Below, piece by piece: positions 9,494-20,029 of a stretch of DNA of 64,000 bases (the stretch's first letter is position 1; every line of letters begins with the position of its first letter). The stretch comes from a virus (lineage: Duplodnaviria > Caudoviricetes). A program made the translations under genes and the position numbers. The notes beneath the pieces are model-generated. The model was given only the letters and a program-made list of their open reading frames with translations. It did no database searches and was not told where the DNA came from. The stretch lies in the IMG/VR virus record IMGVR_UViG_3300007513_000003. One strand, 5' to 3'.

Positions 9494-10829
9494 TTTTATC
9501 CTTTGGTGTAAAAAACCTTCTAAAAACTGGATATATATCTTTGCTTTGATGAACTCTACCTAATTGTATATTCGACCATTCTTGTGATAACATATAATAT
9601 CTCTTTTCCATACCAGCGCCTGCTACATATTTCAAATCAGCATGTGTCTGACCTGCATTAGGAACAATGCATAAGAATGTAAAATATTGGCAAATAGGTA
9701 AAAGATCGTTGCGTAAAACTTCTGCTACTTTATCATTGTCTGTTGTAAAATTATCACCATCACTTGCCTGGCTAATATAAATGTTCCAGTGTTCTAAATC
9801 ATATCGCTTCTTAATAATTTCATGTGTTAATTCTAATGCTGAACTTACTACTGTGCCGCCACTTTCTTTGCTATTAAAGAATTCATCTTCTGTACATTCC
9901 TTAGCAACAGTATGGTGGCGTATAAACACAATGTCTACCAAGTCATACTTCATATTTAAAAACATATGTAGTAAAATAAAAAAGCGTTTTGCTAAATTCT
10001 TTTCACGTTCTTGCATTGATATTGATACATCTAAAATACAAAACATTACAGCCGCATTTTTAGGCTTTGGTACTTTAGAGAAGTTGTTAAACTTTAGATC
10101 AATTGGATCAATAAACGAGATAGCATTGTATCTTGCTCGTATGCGTTTTATCTCTTCCTCAATCTCTTGCAAACGTAGCCATTCTTGTGTTCTATGATCT
10201 TTGCCTGGTGGCAATGTAGCAAAAAACTCAAGTATTTTATCACGCTCTTCTAGTAGTTCGCGTAATTTTCTTCCCTTAGGCTTTTTAAGAGCCAAACGTC
10301 TGCCAATACTGCGTATCATGCTCTGTTCTAAATTTAGATTGTTTGGTGAGCCTTCATTTACATAACCTGCTCTTTCAACACTAAACTCTTCAATACTTTT
10401 CTTTTGTTTCTCTATTAAATCAGGAAGTTCTAAGTCTTCAAATAATATATCTAAAAATTCATCTTTGTTTATAGAGAATACAAAATCGTCTTCGCCATAT
10501 GCATCATCTGAACCTTCAGATCCGCCGCCGCCTCCTTGGCCACCCTGGGGTGGTTTGCGTATTTTATCGCCAGGAACATATTCTTTATTGCCGGGTAAGA
10601 CATAATCTTTTTCACCTGATTTAGGATCGTATTGGAATTGTGGTTCTTTAATACTTTTAGCAGGAACTTTGACGCGGCTGCCAGACTTTAGATCCTTGAT
10701 AGATCTGTTTTTAATAGTTTCGTCTAAGCTTTCCTTAATATACTTCTTTGACCGCTCAATGAAGCGTTGTCTATTGGAAAGATTCTTTCCCTTAGGATTT
10801 GAACGCCTGTCAATAATATGCTTGGCCAT
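9483..10829 (-). CDS. yeaH: YeaH/YhbH family vWA-like protein
   Basis: IIDRR.NPKGKNLSNRQRF, Gly-rich linker, DVSISM (MIDAS-like), ESGGTVVSSAL, SDGDN. Confidence 0.93.
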   Translation of the reverse strand: MAKHIIDRRSNPKGKNLSNRQRFIERSKKYIKESLDETIKNRSIKDLKSGSRVKVPAKSIKEPQFQYDPKSGEKDYVLPGNKEYVPGDKIRKPPQGGQGGGGGSEGSDDAYGEDDFVFSINKDEFLDILFEDLELPDLIEKQKKSIEEFSVERAGYVNEGSPNNLNLEQSMIRSIGRRLALKKPKGRKLRELLEERDKILEFFATLPPGKDHRTQEWLRLQEIEEEIKRIRARYNAISFIDPIDLKFNNFSKVPKPKNAAVMFCILDVSISMQEREKNLAKRFFILLHMFLNMKYDLVDIVFIRHHTVAKECTEDEFFNSKESGGTVVSSALELTHEIIKKRYDLEHWNIYISQASDGDNFTTDNDKVAEVLRNDLLPICQYFTFLCIVPNAGQTHADLKYVAGAGMEKRYYMLSQEWSNIQLGRVHQSKDIYPVFRRFFTPKDKSDD

Positions 10830-10838
10830 GGTAAACCC

Positions 10839-12779
10839 TTAACTTGACTTCTGGGTTCTCATGTACCATTCAACAAGTCTACGAACTTGCCTATCAGTAT
10901 AACCTTTCTCTTCCATACGAGCAACAAAGTCATTGTGCTTTTGTTGGTCATCTTTGTTTTGCTTATTACCAAAGGAAATAATAGGTAGTAGTTCTTCTGT
11001 GGACGCAAACATTTTCTTTTCAATAATCTCGCGTAGTTTTTCATAACTCGACCACTTTGGATTCTTACCTTTGTTTTTTGCTTTTGCTCTCAATACAAAG
11101 TTGACTACTTCGCTACGGAAGTCTTTTGGATTAGCGATACCGGCTGGTTTCTCAATCTTCTCTAACTCCTCGTTTAGTACTTCGCGGCTAAACAAGTTGC
11201 CTGTGTCAGGATCTTTAAAGTCAATCTCTTGAATCCAGTGATCAGCGTATTCAATATAACGATCAAACAAGTTTTGTCCATAATCACTATAACTTTCTAA
11301 ATATGCTTTTTGTATTTCATTACCAATAAAGTCAGCATACTTTGGAGCCAACCATTCTTTAATAAAGTTTGTGAGCGTTTTTTCATTTTCCTCACCAAAC
11401 TGATCGCGTCTAATTGCTTGCTCTAGTACAAACATCAAATGTACTGGATCAGCCGCAATCTCGTTTGTGTCAAAGTTAAACACTTGTGACAGTATCTTAA
11501 ACGCAAAACGTGTTGATGAGCCAGACATGCCTTCGTCTACTCCCGCAACGTCTTTATATTCTTGTAGTGACTTTGCTTGTGGATCAGTGTCTTTTAAATT
11601 CTTGCCGTTATACACTTGCATTTTGGAAAACAAATTACTGTTTTCATGCTCACGCAGTCTACTTAAAATACTATACTGCGATAACATTTCAAGTGTTTGC
11701 GGGGCACATGGATGCTGTGCTAGTCCACTTGAGTCTAGCATCTTTTCGTAAATACTAATCTCTTCATCAATACGTAAGCAGTAAGGAACCTTAACAACAT
11801 ACACACGATCTAGGAACGCTTCGTTGTTTTTGTTGTTCTTAAATGACTGCCATTCTGATTCGTTACTATGTGCTAAAATTGTTCCACTAAACGGAATAGC
11901 ACTAATACCTTCTGTACCCATATAGTTGCCTTCCTGCGTAGCAGTTAGCAATGGGTGTAATACTTTGATTGGTGCTTTAAACATTTCAACAAATTCCATA
12001 AGGCCTTGGTTGCCTTTACATAATGCACCACTAAATGCGTATGAGTCTGGATCGTGTTGTGAGAAGTACTCAAGTTGACGAATATCTGTCTTACCAACCA
12101 ATGAACTAATGTCTTGGTTGTTTTCGTCACCTGGCTCTGTTTTTACTACAGCAATCTGTTTTAGTTTACTTGGCTGTAATTTTACTACTGTAAATTTAGT
12201 AATGTCACCATCAAATTCATCCAAGCGTTTAATTGCCCATGGGCTTAGTAAGCCAGTTAGGTAACGCTTTGATATTTTATATTCTTTCTCAATTTGCTCA
12301 CCATATTTCTCAGGAGAGAACAGAGACAACGGACTTTCAAAAACAGGGCTAATTACATCGCCTGCTTTTAGTACATAAATTGGATGTATTTCCATTAATT
12401 CTTTTAAACGTTCAGCAAGACTCGACTTGCCGCCGCCCACTGGGCCCAACAAATATAATATTTGTTTACGTTCTTCTAAGCCTTGTGCGGCATGTTTAAA
12501 AAATCCAACAATTCTTTCTACGGTATCTTCTAGTCCGTAAAAGTCTTTAAATGCTGGATATACTCGTAATGTTCTGTTCAGGAAGATGCGTGACAACCGT
12601 GGATCTTCCGAAGTATCTATATGCTCTGGGTCCCCAATGGCAGCTAACATTCGTTCTGCTGATGTAGCATATGCGAGTGGGTCCTTCTTACATAGATTTA
12701 GATACTCTTCAAGTGTGAACTCTTGCTCTTTATATGATTGGTAATCTGCAGAGAACTCCTTTAATAGTTTGCTTGCCAT
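10839..12779 (-). CDS. prkA: PrkA/YeaG family AAA+ Ser/Thr kinase
   Basis: Walker A LLGPVGGGKSS, EPGDENNQDIS, EFVEMFKAPIKVLHPLLTATQE, HSNESEW. Confidence 0.95.
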   Translation of the reverse strand: MASKLLKEFSADYQSYKEQEFTLEEYLNLCKKDPLAYATSAERMLAAIGDPEHIDTSEDPRLSRIFLNRTLRVYPAFKDFYGLEDTVERIVGFFKHAAQGLEERKQILYLLGPVGGGKSSLAERLKELMEIHPIYVLKAGDVISPVFESPLSLFSPEKYGEQIEKEYKISKRYLTGLLSPWAIKRLDEFDGDITKFTVVKLQPSKLKQIAVVKTEPGDENNQDISSLVGKTDIRQLEYFSQHDPDSYAFSGALCKGNQGLMEFVEMFKAPIKVLHPLLTATQEGNYMGTEGISAIPFSGTILAHSNESEWQSFKNNKNNEAFLDRVYVVKVPYCLRIDEEISIYEKMLDSSGLAQHPCAPQTLEMLSQYSILSRLREHENSNLFSKMQVYNGKNLKDTDPQAKSLQEYKDVAGVDEGMSGSSTRFAFKILSQVFNFDTNEIAADPVHLMFVLEQAIRRDQFGEENEKTLTNFIKEWLAPKYADFIGNEIQKAYLESYSDYGQNLFDRYIEYADHWIQEIDFKDPDTGNLFSREVLNEELEKIEKPAGIANPKDFRSEVVNFVLRAKAKNKGKNPKWSSYEKLREIIEKKMFASTEELLPIISFGNKQNKDDQQKHNDFVARMEEKGYTDRQVRRLVEWYMRTQKSS

Positions 12780-12884
12780 AATCTTTGCTCCTGTGCTTTA
12801 TGGTTCTTTACTATATTTAGCGTTTTTTATTACGGTAATAAACGCATAATAAATACAAGTACACGTTCGTGATATATCATTGCA

Positions 12885-14333
12885 ATGATTACATTTATAT
12901 TTGAGCCAGATATTCCTTCAAACCAGAAAGAAGAAAAAGAGGTTAAAGCAGGTGGCGCTCCGATTATTTCAAACGGAGCGGGGATAGATAAACATTCATC
13001 GTTACCGTACAGTATTATTTCTAATGCTGTTAGACCCGCCACCTTTAAAGATGCTATCAATAACACTGAAGGTATGCAAGCAAAGTCTCTTAAAGAAGTT
13101 GATTTATCAGCTGACGATATCTATATATACCCCATTTTTACAACAGAATTCTTAAGCGTATTTGGTTATACACATGAATATGAATCAAAATATAAATTTT
13201 TAGATCCTGTAAGAGTAATAATACCATCTATTTTCGAGTTTTTGCCAGATTCTATTATTGACAAAGCAAGAAAAAAGGAATTGTATATTGCTGTTATGTC
13301 AATTTGTGAAGGGAAGTCTTATTATTCTGGCTGGGATTATGTTAAGTTTTCTTGTAACATGCACGGAATTTCTGAATCGCAAATTATACCTGTGTTGTGT
13401 GGTGAGCATAGTGAATATAAAGATGATGTCTTAAATTTTCGCAAAGACTATATACATTTAAATTATTATGCATTGGAGCTCAGTTATAAAATAAAAAAAG
13501 GCTATGAAACTATATTAAACACATTATCAAATGAAAAAAAGAAGCATTTTATTTGTCTTAATTCACAAATAAAACCACATAGATATCACTTAGTGTCAAA
13601 TATTTTTAATAACGATTTAATAAATTATGGATATATATCTTGCCAAAATTATGAAAGTCATGTAAACAATTTTTCACAAATTGAAGGAATCTATCAAATG
13701 AGAGAAGTATTAAGACAAGATGGCGCTAATATTTCTGAATTTTTACAATTTTATTCCACCTTACCTTACACTGTAGATAGTATCAATCAAAACAATTACA
13801 CTAATGCATTGCATTCTTCATGGAATCATGATTCAAAATTATATGACCTTAATATTAACAAGGCCTGTGATATTACTAGTAATCAAATTGATGCTTATTA
13901 TAAAGCTGCTGTAATTGATGTTATAACAGAAACAGCATTAATAGATCACGATATTAAATTTTTAACTGAAAAAACATTTAAAGCAATTATGTATAAAATG
14001 CCTTTTATTATATCCGGAGATAAAGGAAACAATAAAGAACTATTACGACATGGTTTTAAGTTATATGACATGCTCTTTGATTATACATTTGACGATTATG
14101 ATTCATACGTTGATAGAAACAATGCTATCACGAAACAACTTAAAAAGTATTGTGATATGCCACTTAAAGACTTCGTCAATAGAGTACAACAAGATGATGT
14201 TCAGAAAGTAATAGAACATAATTTTACAATGCTAAAAAATAATAATGTGTGGCAGAACTTTGCTAACGACTTGGTGCGACAGCTACTGGGGCATAATAAT
14301 GTATGGCTAAACTTTGATAATGATTTATACTGA
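12885..14333 (+). CDS. hypothetical protein, possibly glycosyltransferase-related
   Basis: 482-aa ORF; FICLNSQIKPHR, VITET, FLTEKTFKAI..PFII pattern recalled from large marine phage proteins. Confidence 0.55.
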   Translation: MITFIFEPDIPSNQKEEKEVKAGGAPIISNGAGIDKHSSLPYSIISNAVRPATFKDAINNTEGMQAKSLKEVDLSADDIYIYPIFTTEFLSVFGYTHEYESKYKFLDPVRVIIPSIFEFLPDSIIDKARKKELYIAVMSICEGKSYYSGWDYVKFSCNMHGISESQIIPVLCGEHSEYKDDVLNFRKDYIHLNYYALELSYKIKKGYETILNTLSNEKKKHFICLNSQIKPHRYHLVSNIFNNDLINYGYISCQNYESHVNNFSQIEGIYQMREVLRQDGANISEFLQFYSTLPYTVDSINQNNYTNALHSSWNHDSKLYDLNINKACDITSNQIDAYYKAAVIDVITETALIDHDIKFLTEKTFKAIMYKMPFIISGDKGNNKELLRHGFKLYDMLFDYTFDDYDSYVDRNNAITKQLKKYCDMPLKDFVNRVQQDDVQKVIEHNFTMLKNNNVWQNFANDLVRQLLGHNNVWLNFDNDLY

Positions 14334-14344
14334 ACTCTAACCAG

Positions 14345-15688
14345 TTAGTAATAGATTTTATATATTTCTCTTACGTCATATTCAGGGTGATGTTTTTGTA
14401 GTATTTCTAGAGCGTTTCGAATTCTACTATAATCATTTTCTTTATTGAATGTAAAGTTTTTCAAAGATTCAATTAGATTTTTTATTTGTTCAATATCATC
14501 GCTGTAAAAACAACTACTTTTCTTCAGTGTGTGTTCAATTTTCTCTCTGCAATTTTGGACGACATCATAGGGAACTAATCGCAAGTTAAAATCACTGCTA
14601 TCTACCATTTGAACAAGCCCTGCTATACGCACTCTCTTATGCATAGGTATTTTTTTATTTTTTAGATCCATAAAAGAAAGTAGTTCATCTAAATATGGCA
14701 ACGTTAACGCTGTTATAACTATATTAAACGAAACTGGAGTATGATCGCATTCTAGGCCAATCTGTAAATATTGATCAATATTTTTTTCTAGTTTTGTCCA
14801 TTTTACAGGATATCTCTGTAATTCAATCGCCGGGCCTACACTATCAATACTTAATACTAACATAACAAGTTTAAAATGCTTGATGATTTCAATGAATCTA
14901 GGATGAATCATTGTCGTATTTGTAGTTATTACTAATTCTATATTTTTACTGTGATCGCATTCTATCAAATATTCTAAAAATTTTAAATTTTCTAATATTA
15001 TAGTGGGTTCGCCGCCACTTAAATACAATCGAGTAATATTGCTTATTCTTTTTTCTCCAATAATATTTTTTAATCCTATTTTTGAAGGCCAATTATATTT
15101 TTTAAGTTTTTTAGAAGTTCTACTCGCACCCGCGTATTCATTGTCAGGCCTGCCTGTTTCAGAAAGATCATATTTAAATTGGCTTAAATCATCAACGCCT
15201 AGTCTATTAAAAAATCTTCCATAGGTAATACTATAATCACTATTACAAATTTTACATGCCAAGTTACATGTATTTCCAGACTGTATTTGATAAAAATAAG
15301 GATAGCTATCGTCTAATATAAAATTATTTTTAACACTTTTATCAACAACGTCTTGTATGTGAGGATAGCTATCCTCCGCACCAAGCGCCGCCTGGCGAAC
15401 ACTCCACATGCCACGTTCTTCAGAGTCCCAGCAATTCTGACATTCAGGTGCCTTAACTCCATTATATAGATTTTCTCGAAGTTTAAGCATCCTTTTGGAA
15501 TTCCACGCATCATTTAAAGTATGTGTGTTTATGTTATAGTGATTTCCGTTCTCATCCAAGTGGGCATACTCTTTATCGTTACTCGAGGCACAACAAAATT
15601 TTATATCACCATTGGTTTCTATTTCTTGATGGGCCCAGGGATAAGTGCAAAGTGGTTTATTCATTATCTTGTATTTTAGATTGGACAA
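14345..15688 (-). CDS. radical SAM protein with N-terminal SPASM/twitch-like Cys cluster
   Basis: CNLACKIC, SGGEP, N-terminal CTYPW...CC...CQNC. Confidence 0.88.
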   Translation of the reverse strand: MSNLKYKIMNKPLCTYPWAHQEIETNGDIKFCCASSNDKEYAHLDENGNHYNINTHTLNDAWNSKRMLKLRENLYNGVKAPECQNCWDSEERGMWSVRQAALGAEDSYPHIQDVVDKSVKNNFILDDSYPYFYQIQSGNTCNLACKICNSDYSITYGRFFNRLGVDDLSQFKYDLSETGRPDNEYAGASRTSKKLKKYNWPSKIGLKNIIGEKRISNITRLYLSGGEPTIILENLKFLEYLIECDHSKNIELVITTNTTMIHPRFIEIIKHFKLVMLVLSIDSVGPAIELQRYPVKWTKLEKNIDQYLQIGLECDHTPVSFNIVITALTLPYLDELLSFMDLKNKKIPMHKRVRIAGLVQMVDSSDFNLRLVPYDVVQNCREKIEHTLKKSSCFYSDDIEQIKNLIESLKNFTFNKENDYSRIRNALEILQKHHPEYDVREIYKIYY

Positions 15689-16301
15689 ATCTATCTAACC
15701 CTTCGTATGTGTCGTACAGCACATAACGCCACGAATCAAACTCTGCCGGATGTGGATATTCTTCTGGCTTTATAAAAATAAAAGTAATATTATAAAAATG
15801 TTTAAACAATAACTCAAACTGTTTTATCCATTTTTCTGGATTACGTGGTCCTTGCTTTTCGTTTCTATAATGTTCTGTATTTAGATATATGTTATTAGCA
15901 TACTTTTGGTTTTTTCCCTTGCCATAAAAGTCGTAACCCAACAACATAATAACATCTGCTTCTTCTTTTATAGCAGTATAAACAGCATACAATCCACTGC
16001 TCCAATTAATAGGTTGTTGGTATGTTTCTAAACCAAAATAAGGAAGATCGGGCAACACTCTTACTTTATCTTTTGCTAAGTAGTGCGCCCAATCCTTACG
16101 GGTGTAAAAGTTAGAGCGTAAGTGAACGCCATTACTGACTGCTTCTCTTGCCCTAAACTTATTACAGCATATCAAATTGTCAACGTGATTGTCTCGCCAA
16201 ATCGCGCCGCATCCGTATAACGGTCCTATGTCGCGCAACTTTTGTAAATCATAACTTTTGCGTGTCTCACCATTGCCAATACAATATGCTATTTTTTTCA
16301 T
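15657..16301 (-). CDS. GNG.SR/MptE(DUF115)-like nucleotide-sugar-related protein
   Basis: AYCIGNGETR, YGCGA, WSSG, LLGYDF. Confidence 0.55.
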   Translation of the reverse strand: MKKIAYCIGNGETRKSYDLQKLRDIGPLYGCGAIWRDNHVDNLICCNKFRAREAVSNGVHLRSNFYTRKDWAHYLAKDKVRVLPDLPYFGLETYQQPINWSSGLYAVYTAIKEEADVIMLLGYDFYGKGKNQKYANNIYLNTEHYRNEKQGPRNPEKWIKQFELLFKHFYNITFIFIKPEEYPHPAEFDSWRYVLYDTYEGLDRFVQSKIQDNE

Positions 16302-16326
16302 CTGGTAATTACCTTTAAATATTTAT

Positions 16327-16707
16327 ATGAGCGAAGTAACATCCCCAGAAGAAGCAGTAGAAAAAGCAGAAAAAACAGCAACAAGTATCGAAGAACTACT
16401 TCTGAATACTAGTTTAGATGCTACTGAATTTTTATTACCTTGGATTGCAATCCTAGTCAGCGTAATTGCGGCATTAATGGTCAAGGACTGGACTGTTGCT
16501 ATTGTTCGTGGTATACGTTTTAAAATGAGTCCTACTTTTAATCCGGGCGACTTGGTATTACTAGAAGGTGAAGAAGCAGTTATTATATCTATAGGACTTA
16601 TTAGAACTATATTTGAACGAACTGAAAATGGCGCCACTGTTTGGCGTTATGTTCCGAACGAAAGACTTGCGTTTTTAAAACTAGAGAAAGTAGTTAGACC
16701 TGCCTAA
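16327..16707 (+). CDS. small MscS-like membrane protein
   Basis: TM helix then FNPGDLVLLEG..AVIISIG...VPNERL, as in the MscS beta domain. Confidence 0.6.
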   Translation: MSEVTSPEEAVEKAEKTATSIEELLLNTSLDATEFLLPWIAILVSVIAALMVKDWTVAIVRGIRFKMSPTFNPGDLVLLEGEEAVIISIGLIRTIFERTENGATVWRYVPNERLAFLKLEKVVRPA

Positions 16708-16931
16708 GGCTTTATATAATCAAAATAAGAAGAACGTTCTTCTTCTAATTGTCTATTTTTATTATAATGACTATAAACATTATCTAACACACTTTTATGG
16801 CCCAGGCAAGTGACACCATCAATTGGTAAATCACCGCAACTCATCTTAAAGAATTTAATTGCATCTGCATGAGTTTTTGCTGATGTCACATATAGCGTAG
16901 TACCAGATTTTACTTCAAATTGATATTCCAT
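16704..16931 (-). CDS. hypothetical protein
   Basis: 75-aa ORF; TAAATA-N5-ATG. Confidence 0.55.
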   Translation of the reverse strand: MEYQFEVKSGTTLYVTSAKTHADAIKFFKMSCGDLPIDGVTCLGHKSVLDNVYSHYNKNRQLEEERSSYFDYIKP

Positions 16932-16949
16932 AGAAGTATTTAAGTATGG

Positions 16950-18032
16950 CTAGTCAAAAGTACCAACAAATCCGAAAAAGATTCTATTTTGATAAAAATC
17001 ATCAGTTGTGGTATAGGTATAGTCCATTACAAAGTCTAATGAATTATTATTAGTTTCACTTTCAAGTAAATTAAATGTTCTTCTTGTACCATACATTTGA
17101 TAATTGTCTGTCAAATCCATTCTCAATTCAAAATCATAATTGGTATGTAGATAGTAGGCACCAAATGCAATCAAAGCAACACCTACAACTGCCATGGCAG
17201 TTTCAGCATCTTTGTTTTTCTTCTCAGGCACTTCTTCTGCACCACAAAACGTAATACTTCTGCCGTTACCTGTGCCTATTGCGCCCGCCGCACATGCCGC
17301 ATCACCTAATGCTCTAGCGTTCGCTGATCTACTTTCAAATGAATACTCGGACGCAACAACTGGTTTACCAGTTACTGCAATTGCATGAGCCACCATGGCC
17401 TTTACTTGTTCTGCTGTCTTACCGAAACCTGTCTGTAGAAATACATAGTCTGCATTTGCAAAGTATGCCGGTTTAACGCCCGGCGTTAAATGCACACCAA
17501 CAGGTTTATTTGTTTTACTTTTTAGATGTGCGACTAGTGCCTGTACTTGCGCGGCACTCCAATACTCATCACATTCTAGGCAAGTAACATATCCTGTGAC
17601 TTTGTCATCAAATCTAGCAACCATATTACTAAAGTGTGCCTTCTGGGCCTCCATGGATTGATTTGTGATAGAAGGACTATCATCAGGTGTCAACCATAGA
17701 ACTGGTTTAAGTCCCATGTTATTAAGTTCATCTAGTCTTGTTTCCCAATCGGGTCGAGGACTGATGGCATTGAGATTATAACCACCGCCATTGTCTCCAC
17801 CGTTTCTGGTGTAGAGATAGATGTGAGTATCGCCGTTTGCTTTGGCGGCATTTCGCATACCAGCCTTATTGGCATTGGGGTGAAGATAATTAAGTGTCAT
17901 CCACTTACTATCTAACATCAAAAAACTGGCACTGTGGCCATGTAGTGAATATGCAGGGTCGTATGCATATGTATTGGAAACGCCTAATACCACTAGTATA
18001 AACGCAACCAATGTTGCAATATACTTTTTCAT
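16950..18032 (-). CDS. exported protein with glycoside-hydrolase-like barrel and membrane segment
   Basis: Signal peptide; LECDEYW and VASEY acidic motifs; hydrophobic AVVGVALIAFGAYYL segment. Confidence 0.45.
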   Translation of the reverse strand: MKKYIATLVAFILVVLGVSNTYAYDPAYSLHGHSASFLMLDSKWMTLNYLHPNANKAGMRNAAKANGDTHIYLYTRNGGDNGGGYNLNAISPRPDWETRLDELNNMGLKPVLWLTPDDSPSITNQSMEAQKAHFSNMVARFDDKVTGYVTCLECDEYWSAAQVQALVAHLKSKTNKPVGVHLTPGVKPAYFANADYVFLQTGFGKTAEQVKAMVAHAIAVTGKPVVASEYSFESRSANARALGDAACAAGAIGTGNGRSITFCGAEEVPEKKNKDAETAMAVVGVALIAFGAYYLHTNYDFELRMDLTDNYQMYGTRRTFNLLESETNNNSLDFVMDYTYTTTDDFYQNRIFFGFVGTFD

Positions 18033-18155
18033 ATAAGAATCCTTGTCGATATTATTATGACTTAATTGAGATTCTTAATAATTGATAAAGTCTGTATAAT
18101 TTATAATAGTATGTTATTATTTAAGTAAAATTTCACAAAGAATAATATACGCATA

Positions 18156-19088
18156 TTATCCTTTAAATTTTGGACATGGATGTATCGTGCCAAACTCACC
18201 CCAAATACCTGGCTCGCCTGTGCCAATGCAAACCCAACCTATAGGTTTGCCCTGTCTTGGCTCAAGGTTCCAAACAATTTCGCCACGTACATGATAACCA
18301 GAGTCTGGTTGAATTTTAGAGGATGACATCGTAGTTTGTGCAAATTTAATATCACCGCGCACTTCTAATTTAGTGCTAGGATCAATAGTGCCAATGCCTA
18401 CATTGCCGTCAGGTGTGATAGTTAGATGGGATTGTTTTTCGGTAGTCATAGCATCTGTGCCCAGATGCATTTTTTCTTTTCTTGCAGTACCTATGTAGCC
18501 TTCACCTTTTTTGCCGTCAATAAAAAGTTCTGCGCCACCTTGTGTAATAACATGTAAAGTAGCGGCGGGCTCTGATGTATTAATACCAATTCTTTGGTCT
18601 GTTGCATTTACCATGAACGTACCATAACCAGCAGAAAGATTGCCCATTACACCAAGTTTTTCCAAATTACCTACACTTCTTAAATTACTATATACAATAC
18701 TTGGTCCCAATTCATTGCGAGATAAGACCTTATCTGCACCCATGTGAATAAAGTTGCCTTTGCCTAAGTGTAAGTCAGTTTCAAATTCGTTTGATGAAAA
18801 AACATAATGTAAATTTTGTACAGTAAGTTTATTACTGACCGTCATCGTTCGTACATTAATATCTGATGCATCAATGTCTGTTACATAAATGCTGTCTACA
18901 CTTAAACCGTCGTTATCTAAATGTAAAACTTGCTGTGTTGCTTCATCTCTAATACCAGTACTAGAAAAATCGGTAATTGTTCCGCCTTTAATATAATCAC
19001 CTGATAAATCATCTTCAGAAAATTTTAAATAATTTACTGTAATTAAATCCGGATGTATTAATGTTTCTAAAGATGCAATGCTTCCCAT
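18156..19088 (-). CDS. virion structural protein, tail-fibre-like
   Basis: RIGINTSEP and GNVGIGTIDPSTKLEVRG repeats typical of phage fibres. Confidence 0.65.
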   Translation of the reverse strand: MGSIASLETLIHPDLITVNYLKFSEDDLSGDYIKGGTITDFSSTGIRDEATQQVLHLDNDGLSVDSIYVTDIDASDINVRTMTVSNKLTVQNLHYVFSSNEFETDLHLGKGNFIHMGADKVLSRNELGPSIVYSNLRSVGNLEKLGVMGNLSAGYGTFMVNATDQRIGINTSEPAATLHVITQGGAELFIDGKKGEGYIGTARKEKMHLGTDAMTTEKQSHLTITPDGNVGIGTIDPSTKLEVRGDIKFAQTTMSSSKIQPDSGYHVRGEIVWNLEPRQGKPIGWVCIGTGEPGIWGEFGTIHPCPKFKG

Positions 19089-19098
19089 AATTTATTCC

Positions 19099-19869
19099 TC
19101 ATCGAGTTATAGATATAATATATTGATTCTCACTACTATACATTGGCTTGTAAATAAGTTTTTTATGTACAACAAAATTGTTCCAGCCCAGTGATGCTGT
19201 ATGATAAGCAAGTTGCTTAAAGAACATTGCTTGGCGATCTACTGGTTCAAATGAATTTAATTCATTCGTAGTTTGATTAATAACGTATGCATAATGACGC
19301 CATTTCTTTCTATCTTCTTGATTCCATTTTCTATTGTTAATAAAGATAAATTCGGAATCATCATTTCTTAGATAAAATGGATCTGCGAATAATTTACTGT
19401 TAAATTTGATATTTTTATAATCCATTAGCGTAGTTAACAATATTCCATCATCATTAAGTAACGTTAGTGAGTCTTGTAGTTGTGAATGTTGGTCGTCTTC
19501 ACTAGTAGAAAATGTATAATACTGATCTAGTGCTAATACACAATCATATTTTTCAATATCTTCATCCATATGGAACTTCATACTAAATGTGTCTAATGGT
19601 GCATTATGGTTGGTAATAGTAACATCATATGCTTCACACAATGCGTTAGCATAATCTATGGCATCAGGATCATCTGAAATATAGCTGACATCGTAACCAC
19701 TGGTGGCGAAATCGACCAAGGAACAATGCCAATTCAAACTAATAATTTTTTTAGGACTAACATTACTTTCTTCAAATGCTTTAAGAATAGTTTCTGTTTT
19801 ACGATTAATTATTTTTTGAATCTTGTCTTTATTAATTAACGTTTTCGCTAAATTATAGAAATCTTTCAA
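19099..19869 (-). CDS. class I SAM-dependent methyltransferase-like protein
   Basis: TTG start with GGAG SD; KYDCVLALD and LNDDGILL strands; motif I degenerate. Confidence 0.45.
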   Translation of the reverse strand: MKDFYNLAKTLINKDKIQKIINRKTETILKAFEESNVSPKKIISLNWHCSLVDFATSGYDVSYISDDPDAIDYANALCEAYDVTITNHNAPLDTFSMKFHMDEDIEKYDCVLALDQYYTFSTSEDDQHSQLQDSLTLLNDDGILLTTLMDYKNIKFNSKLFADPFYLRNDDSEFIFINNRKWNQEDRKKWRHYAYVINQTTNELNSFEPVDRQAMFFKQLAYHTASLGWNNFVVHKKLIYKPMYSSENQYIISITR

Positions 19870-20029
19870 AAGTGTCTCCGGTAAATCTTAATAATAGTTA
19901 AAGTAATTTCTTTATGGTATTTATACAAAATTCCGCAGAAATACGCTATAAGTTTAGCCGTTAAAATACTTTTAGGTTATGAAGTCGTGCAGAAACCCAT
20001 ATAACAAATTGTTATATAGTGTAATTAAT

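Noticed and set aside
5711-12779. Bacterial contig or host contamination for the fusA-prkA block
   Set aside because: The block is flanked by phage-type ORFs, carries the phage late box, and lacks str-operon context; read-level confirmation is still advisable
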